A DNA stretch of 64,000 nt from Bacillota bacterium (GTDB lineage: Bacteria > Bacillota > PH28-bin88), in contig JBFLXH010000005.1 of assembly GCA_040757295.1 (NCBI GenBank), positions 7,014 to 71,013 of the forward strand, given 5' to 3'. Every line of letters starts with the position of its first letter. The first letter of the stretch is position 1. Made by a program: the position numbers and the translations under genes. The notes under the pieces are model-generated. The model was not told where the DNA came from, searched no databases, and saw only the letters and a list, made by a program, of their open reading frames with translations. Shown here in pieces: positions 58,922 through 64,000 of this stretch.

Positions 58922-60268
58922 TTAATTCAGAGAAGCAGCCTCCAAGGCCCGCTCCACTACGTCAAGCCCCATAGACAGCTGTTCCTCAGTGATAACCAGG
59001 GGAACCAGGAAACGGACCACATTGCTGAATACACCGGCGCTTAAGGCCAAAACGCCGTTTTTAACGCAGGAGTTGATGACCTTTGAGGTTGCTTCCTTAG
59101 CGGGCTCTTTGGTCTGGCGGTCTTTTACCAGTTCAATGGCAACCATGGCTCCTAGCCCCCGGACATCGCCAATCAAAGGGAATTTATCCTGCATGGCCTT
59201 CAATCGCTGAACCAAAATTTCTCCCAGTTGGTTAGCCCTGTTAGCAAGGGCATCCCGTTGAAGCAGCTCGATTGACTTCAAGGCAGCTACACAGGATACT
59301 GGGTTGCCGCCAAAGGTGCCTCCAATTTCGCCCGGGTTCGCCGCATCCATTATCTCGGCCCGGCCTACAACAGCGCTGACAGGCATCCCGGCAGCCAATG
59401 ACTTGGAAAGAGTCATCATGTCAGGCTCAATTCCAAAGTGTTCAACAGCAAACATCGTCCCGGTACGGCCAAAGCCCGATTGGACCTCATCGGCAATCAG
59501 CAAAATACCGTACTTCTCACATATTGCCTTGAGACCCTGAAGATACTCCGGCGGCGGGACGATGAAGCCGCCCTCGCCCTGGACGGGCTCAGCGATTATT
59601 GCAGCAACGTTTTCGTGGGGGCATTCAGACAGGAAAAACCGCTCCAGGTAACTAACGCACTGCAGGTCACATCCCGGATACTTTTGCCCAAAAACACAAC
59701 GGTAGCAATAAGCTGATGGAATTTTGTGAACCTCGGGGGCAAAAGGGCCAAAGCCAAATTTATAGGGCTTAACCTTGCTTGTCAGGGTCATTGCCATCAG
59801 AGTCCGGCCGTGGAATGCACATTCCAACGCAATGATCCCCGTCCGCTTGGTATACTTTCTGGCCAGCTTGACAGCATTCTCAACTGCCTCTGCCCCGGAA
59901 TTGGCCAACATCACCTTTTTAGCAAAGGAGCCTGGGGTTATCTGGGTTAATTTTTCCGCCAGCCGCACATAGGGCTCGTACATGGCCACATGAAAACAGG
60001 TATGGAGATACTTTTCCGCCTGTTCCTTAACAGCGTTTACAATTTCCTGGGGACTGTGGCCTACATTTACAACGCCGATACCAGCCGCAAAATCAATAAA
60101 AACATTACCGTCTACATCCCGTACCAGGGCCCCTTTAGCCTCTTCGGCAAAAATCGGGGCGGTATTCGCCGGTCCCCGGGATACAAATTGCTCTCTTAAT
60201 GCCAGCAGTTCCTTTGATTTGGGACCCGGGATTTCAGTAAGCAACTGAGGCTTCCACTCAAAGGCCAT
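58922..60268 (-). CDS. Class-III PLP aminotransferase (4-aminobutyrate/omega-amino acid aminotransferase-like)
   Basis: GabT-like fold (... FIDFAAGIGVVNVGH ... DEVQSGFGRTG ...). AGGAGG 8 nt before the ATG. Confidence 0.8.
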   Translation of the reverse strand: MAFEWKPQLLTEIPGPKSKELLALREQFVSRGPANTAPIFAEEAKGALVRDVDGNVFIDFAAGIGVVNVGHSPQEIVNAVKEQAEKYLHTCFHVAMYEPYVRLAEKLTQITPGSFAKKVMLANSGAEAVENAVKLARKYTKRTGIIALECAFHGRTLMAMTLTSKVKPYKFGFGPFAPEVHKIPSAYCYRCVFGQKYPGCDLQCVSYLERFFLSECPHENVAAIIAEPVQGEGGFIVPPPEYLQGLKAICEKYGILLIADEVQSGFGRTGTMFAVEHFGIEPDMMTLSKSLAAGMPVSAVVGRAEIMDAANPGEIGGTFGGNPVSCVAALKSIELLQRDALANRANQLGEILVQRLKAMQDKFPLIGDVRGLGAMVAIELVKDRQTKEPAKEATSKVINSCVKNGVLALSAGVFSNVVRFLVPLVITEEQLSMGLDVVERALEAASLN

Positions 60269-60306
60269 TTTAATAACCTCCTTGCATTTTGTGTTACCAT
60301 TCCTTT

Positions 60307-60323
60307 ATGCAAGAAGTGTGCCA
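60307..60323 (-). promoter_or_regulatory. Consensus sigma-54 promoter TGGCAC-N5-TTGCAT, 4 nt after the activator stop and ~40 nt before the aminotransferase start
   Basis: The minus strand reads aaTGGCACacttcTTGCATaaagg, a perfect match to the -24 GG / -12 GC consensus. Confidence 0.65.
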
Positions 60324-60326
60324 TTC

Positions 60327-61814
60327 TTATTGCCCGCTGCAGGAGGTTTTCTTGTTGGGCTTGCGGCGCCTGATGGCCAAATATTTATTTATTTTCCGTA
60401 CAACTGTGGATTGGTTGATTCCTAAAACTTCCGCTATCCGGTAGGTATTCCCTAACTGGTGATAAGCCTTGGCAATCAGCTGTTTTTCCAGCTCTTCTAT
60501 GGCCCTGCTCAAGGTGCAAAGCCCCCGGACAATTACCACTGGCTCTTTTCGACCGGCTGCCCTTGCCAAAAAAAGGTCCGGCAAATGGCCAACAGCAATT
60601 TCCTTCCGGTCACTGGTAACCACCAGACGCTCAATAACATTCTCTAACTCCCGCACATTACCAGGCCAATCATAATTCATAAAAAGGTCCAACACCTCGG
60701 GGCTCAATTCCTTGGTGATGCCGTATTTCTCCTTAAAGCGGCTTAAACACCCCTCAATTAAAAGAGGAATGTCTTCTCTCCGATACCTAAGCGGAGGAAC
60801 GGTGATGGGCACTACATTGAGCCGGTAGTATAGGTCTTCCCGGAACCCACCGGTAGAAACCATTCTTTGGATATCCTGATTGGTGGCAGCCAGAATCCGC
60901 ACATTGACAGGCCGTTCTTTATAGCCCCCTACCCTGACAACCCGTTTCTCCTGCAAGACTTGCAAGATTTTAGCCTGGAGTCCCAAAGGCAGTTCGGCTA
61001 TCTCATCTAAAAACAGGGTGCCTTGATCGGCCATCTCAATGGTACCCTTTTTACCTTCTTTTCTGGCGCCGGTAAAAGCTCCCGGTTCATAGCCGAACAG
61101 CTCGGACTCCAACAGATTGGCAGGGATGGCTGCGCAATTAATACTGATAAATGGTCCTCGGCACCTGGGACTGTTTTGGTGTATGTGGGCTGCCAGTAAG
61201 CCCTTACCAACTCCCGTTTCGCCTAGTAGCAGGATAGTCGAGTCAACTTTGGCTACCCGTTTGGCTAGGTCTACTACCTCCCGCATGCAGGGACTCTCGG
61301 CGACCATTTCATATCCAGCTTGCTGAAGGCTCTTTTGGTTTAATTGGGCGATCTGCTGCCGGTAGCTGTCTGCTAAGGCCTCCGTTTCGGCCAGTCTTTC
61401 CTTGAGCACATTGAGTTCGGTGATATCCCTGGAGTTGATCACAATTCTTTCAATGACCCCGTCCTCGTTAAATACGGGGTTTCCGGTAACGACTACCTGC
61501 CGGCCGCTGCGGGTATGCTGCAAGATGGTTACCCGCCGCTTTTCTTTTAAGACCACCTCTGTACAGGAAGGGAAAAAAAGACCTGCTTTAACCAGTTCAT
61601 CAACCGGTTTTCCAACCAATTCTTCGGGCTTAACGCCATAAAGCCGTTCACAAGCAGCACTTACCCTAAGAGTAATTCTGTTTCCATCGGTAAGGTAGAT
61701 TTCGTCGAAAGAAGATTCGAGCATGGCCTCTAACTCTTTATTGACCTGCTGCAATTTTTTTAACTCTTCCTGCAATGCCAAAACCTGTTGCAAGAGGTCT
61801 GGCGAACCTGACAT
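60327..61814 (-). CDS. Sigma-54-dependent transcriptional activator with an N-terminal PAS sensor domain (PAS-AAA+-Fis HTH)
   Basis: GETGVGKGLLAAHIH (Walker A), GAFTGA motif (EPGAFTGA), and a C-terminal HTH. Confidence 0.85.
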   Translation of the reverse strand: MSGSPDLLQQVLALQEELKKLQQVNKELEAMLESSFDEIYLTDGNRITLRVSAACERLYGVKPEELVGKPVDELVKAGLFFPSCTEVVLKEKRRVTILQHTRSGRQVVVTGNPVFNEDGVIERIVINSRDITELNVLKERLAETEALADSYRQQIAQLNQKSLQQAGYEMVAESPCMREVVDLAKRVAKVDSTILLLGETGVGKGLLAAHIHQNSPRCRGPFISINCAAIPANLLESELFGYEPGAFTGARKEGKKGTIEMADQGTLFLDEIAELPLGLQAKILQVLQEKRVVRVGGYKERPVNVRILAATNQDIQRMVSTGGFREDLYYRLNVVPITVPPLRYRREDIPLLIEGCLSRFKEKYGITKELSPEVLDLFMNYDWPGNVRELENVIERLVVTSDRKEIAVGHLPDLFLARAAGRKEPVVIVRGLCTLSRAIEELEKQLIAKAYHQLGNTYRIAEVLGINQSTVVRKINKYLAIRRRKPNKKTSCSGQ

Positions 61815-61943
61815 GAAAACCTACCCCCAGTCAATGGAATAATAACGCCACTCAACCCTCTTAAATGCAACTATCCATTTGCTTCATGCAATCTTGCATT
61901 TACGAAAGTTCCTGATTAGACCCCCTGACGGGAAAATCTCCGC

Positions 61944-64000
61944 TTAGGCAAGCTTTTTTGGCAGCGGAAACACATTAAGCCTTACATGCTTTTTAGCGAT
62001 AATAAGAGCGTCAGCCAACCTGACTCCCTGTCCCTCCGGCAACACGATTAATGGGTTGATATCCAGCTCCGCCAGGTCATCTTTTAGGTCAACAGCCAGG
62101 TGGGATACGGTAATCAGGACTTCCGCCAAGGCAGCAATATCCCCCTTTCCCCGCCCCCTAAAACCAGCCATTAAGGGATACCCTTTGATTTCCATAATCA
62201 TTTCCATTGCATCCCTTTTGGAGAGGGGCGCCGGCCGCATGGATACATCTTTAAATACTTCTACAAATATCCCTCCCAATCCAAACATGACCACCGGCCC
62301 AAACACGGGATCGTTATTGACCCCGATGATGGCCTCGACGCCTTTGCCAATCATTTCCTGCACCAGGACGCCCCAGATTTCCGCATCAGGGTTATACTCC
62401 TTGGCATTCGCAACGATGGTGCGGAAAGCTTCTCGCACCTCCTGGGGAGAGAAAATATTTAATATGACCCCTTTAGCTTCCGTCTTGTGCAAAATTTGGG
62501 GAGATTCTATCTTCATGACCACCGGGTAGCCTATTTCCTGGGCTAAGGCCACAGCGTCTTCCTCGTTTGTAGCCAGGCCCTCACCGGGCATGGGCAGCCC
62601 ATAATACTTTAAAACTTTTTTCGCCTGGTGCTCAGACAGGGTGCCTCCGTCAGCCAAGAGCTCCCGGACTCTTTGCAGTTCTTGTTCGCTGAGTACCTGA
62701 GGCCTTATTTGCGCCTGAAGGGAACTATTCTTGTAGGCTTGGGCAAAGGAAGCATAGTCCACCAAGGCCTTAATTGCCCGCACCCCCCTGCCTGGAGCCT
62801 TAAAATAAGGAACGCCGCCTTGTTTAAGAATCTGAAAGCAACGCTGATTGGTCACATCCCCAGCTGTCCAGACAATGACCACCGGTTTTGTGCTGGAGCC
62901 CATCACATCAACAATATCCCTGGCTACCTGTTCACCCGCCGAGCCGGTAATCATGGTCTGCACAATCATTAGGCAGTCCACGTTGGGATCAGCCAGGACA
63001 ACCTCAACACACCGGCGGAAACCGGTGGGGTCGTTAATTACCTGGGCTGTAATATCAATGGGGTTCCTGGCTGAACCATAGGAAGGGATAAATTCTTTAA
63101 TCTGGTCATAGCTTTCCTCCAAGAGGTCCGGCAGGTCCAAGTCCAGGTCCGCGCAGGTGTCTGCTGCAATAATCCCCGCCCCGCCAGAAGTGCTGATTAC
63201 ACAAAGGCGATTTCCCTGAGGAAGTTTGCCGGGGGCAAAGACTTTTGCCATATCAAGCAGCTCTTCGATATCGTTCACCCGGACAATCCCTTTTTGCCGG
63301 CAGACAGCCTGGAATGCTGCGTCAGAGCCGGTCAGGGCTGCCGTATGGGAGGAAGCAGCGCGGCTGCCGATAGCCGAACGCCCCGCCTTTAAAAGAACCA
63401 AAGGTTTTCCCAAGGCCAAAGCCCGTTCTGCCACGGCCTTAAACTGCTCTGAATCGGGCACTCCCTCCAAATAACCGAGGATAACCCTGGTTGAGTCATC
63501 CTCAACCATAAATTCCATGGCATCTAAAGTAGTCAAATCTGCCTCATTTCCGGTGTTCACGATATATGTAAAGCCAATACCTGCTTCCTGGGCCTGATTA
63601 AAGGTGGAATAGCCCAGGGCCCCGCTTTGGGTAGCAAACCCCACCGGGCCACAGAGAAGGGCTCCGTTTTCCAAAGCCGCGCTAAAACTTGCCGTAATAC
63701 TGTCTGCCAGGTTGACCATCCCCTGGCAGTTAGGGCCGCAGACCCTAATCCCGCTGGCTCTGGCCAGTTCCTTGATCTGTTTTTGCAGACGGGCGCCCTC
63801 AGCACCTGTCTCTGCAAACCCAGAACTGAAGATAATTACGTTTTTGATTCCCTTTTCCGCACACTCTTCCAGAGCAGGCAAAACCCGGTGGTAGGCCACC
63901 GCAAAAAGAGCCAGGTCCGGTTGGCCGGGGATAGCCTTAATCGACGGATAGCAGGCCACGCCGTAAATTTCGCTGTACTTAGGATTGACCAGGAAAATAT
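61944..64000 (-). CDS. ADP-forming acyl/acetyl-CoA synthetase (fused alpha/beta, NDP-forming), 5'-truncated by the window edge
   Basis: The in-frame continuation to position 64000 encodes the N-terminal CoA-binding region (... IFLVNPKYSEIYGVACYPSIKAIPGQPDLA ...). Succinyl-CoA-synthetase-like and ATP-grasp domains follow. Confidence 0.8.
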   Translation of the reverse strand, partial: IFLVNPKYSEIYGVACYPSIKAIPGQPDLALFAVAYHRVLPALEECAEKGIKNVIIFSSGFAETGAEGARLQKQIKELARASGIRVCGPNCQGMVNLADSITASFSAALENGALLCGPVGFATQSGALGYSTFNQAQEAGIGFTYIVNTGNEADLTTLDAMEFMVEDDSTRVILGYLEGVPDSEQFKAVAERALALGKPLVLLKAGRSAIGSRAASSHTAALTGSDAAFQAVCRQKGIVRVNDIEELLDMAKVFAPGKLPQGNRLCVISTSGGAGIIAADTCADLDLDLPDLLEESYDQIKEFIPSYGSARNPIDITAQVINDPTGFRRCVEVVLADPNVDCLMIVQTMITGSAGEQVARDIVDVMGSSTKPVVIVWTAGDVTNQRCFQILKQGGVPYFKAPGRGVRAIKALVDYASFAQAYKNSSLQAQIRPQVLSEQELQRVRELLADGGTLSEHQAKKVLKYYGLPMPGEGLATNEEDAVALAQEIGYPVVMKIESPQILHKTEAKGVILNIFSPQEVREAFRTIVANAKEYNPDAEIWGVLVQEMIGKGVEAIIGVNNDPVFGPVVMFGLGGIFVEVFKDVSMRPAPLSKRDAMEMIMEIKGYPLMAGFRGRGKGDIAALAEVLITVSHLAVDLKDDLAELDINPLIVLPEGQGVRLADALIIAKKHVRLNVFPLPKKLA

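Noticed and set aside
60269-60330. Doubt that a sigma-54 promoter can sit 4 nt after the activator stop codon
   Set aside because: This is not a reason to reject the call. The -24/-12 match is perfect, and the enhancer sites can lie within the 3' end of the activator gene. The call is kept but flagged at moderate confidence.

Overview
This 64-kb window is a chromosomal segment from a sporulating, anaerobic Firmicute (Clostridia; Peptococcaceae or Desulfotomaculum-like; roughly 50% GC). Almost every gene is on the minus strand. The backbone follows the Bacillus order yhbY-nadD-yqeK-rsfS-leuS ... comEA ... comEC ... holA-rpsT-spoIIP-yqxA-lepA-hemN/W-hrcA-grpE-dnaK, and the right half follows the clostridial order rodA ... 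rng-rplU-prp-rpmA-spo0B-obg-yhbY-proBA. I could support about 60 coding genes, five promoter/leader combinations, a SAM-I riboswitch (metY), a Leu T-box (leuS), the CIRCE/HrcA operator, and several intrinsic terminators. I saw no rRNA, tRNA or CRISPR.

The features that need a second look are these:
- A family of structured, non-coding repeat elements of about 410 bp, with two full inverted copies directly behind lepA and yhbY plus three fragments. One copy is fused in frame to yhbY through a 3x ~40-bp tandem repeat.
- An accessory island of about 11 kb between comEA and comEC. It carries four toxin-antitoxin pairs, a cbiMNQO ECF transporter, and two genes broken by 5- and 7-bp tandem micro-duplications. 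Part of it is bracketed by ~287-bp direct repeats that include a relic of a relE-like 3' end.
- An archaeal-type (group II-like) chaperonin inside the CIRCE-controlled hrcA-grpE-dnaK operon.
- A sigma-54 controlled module: a PAS/sigma-54 activator, a consensus -24/-12 promoter, a class-III aminotransferase, a tungsten-type aldehyde:ferredoxin oxidoreductase, a second sigma-54 promoter with an APC permease, and an adjacent ADP-forming acyl-CoA synthetase.
- Long structured 5' leaders with terminators in front of hemW and the thiD-like kinase that match no riboswitch I recognise.

All calls are from sequence inspection only. No database search was run.
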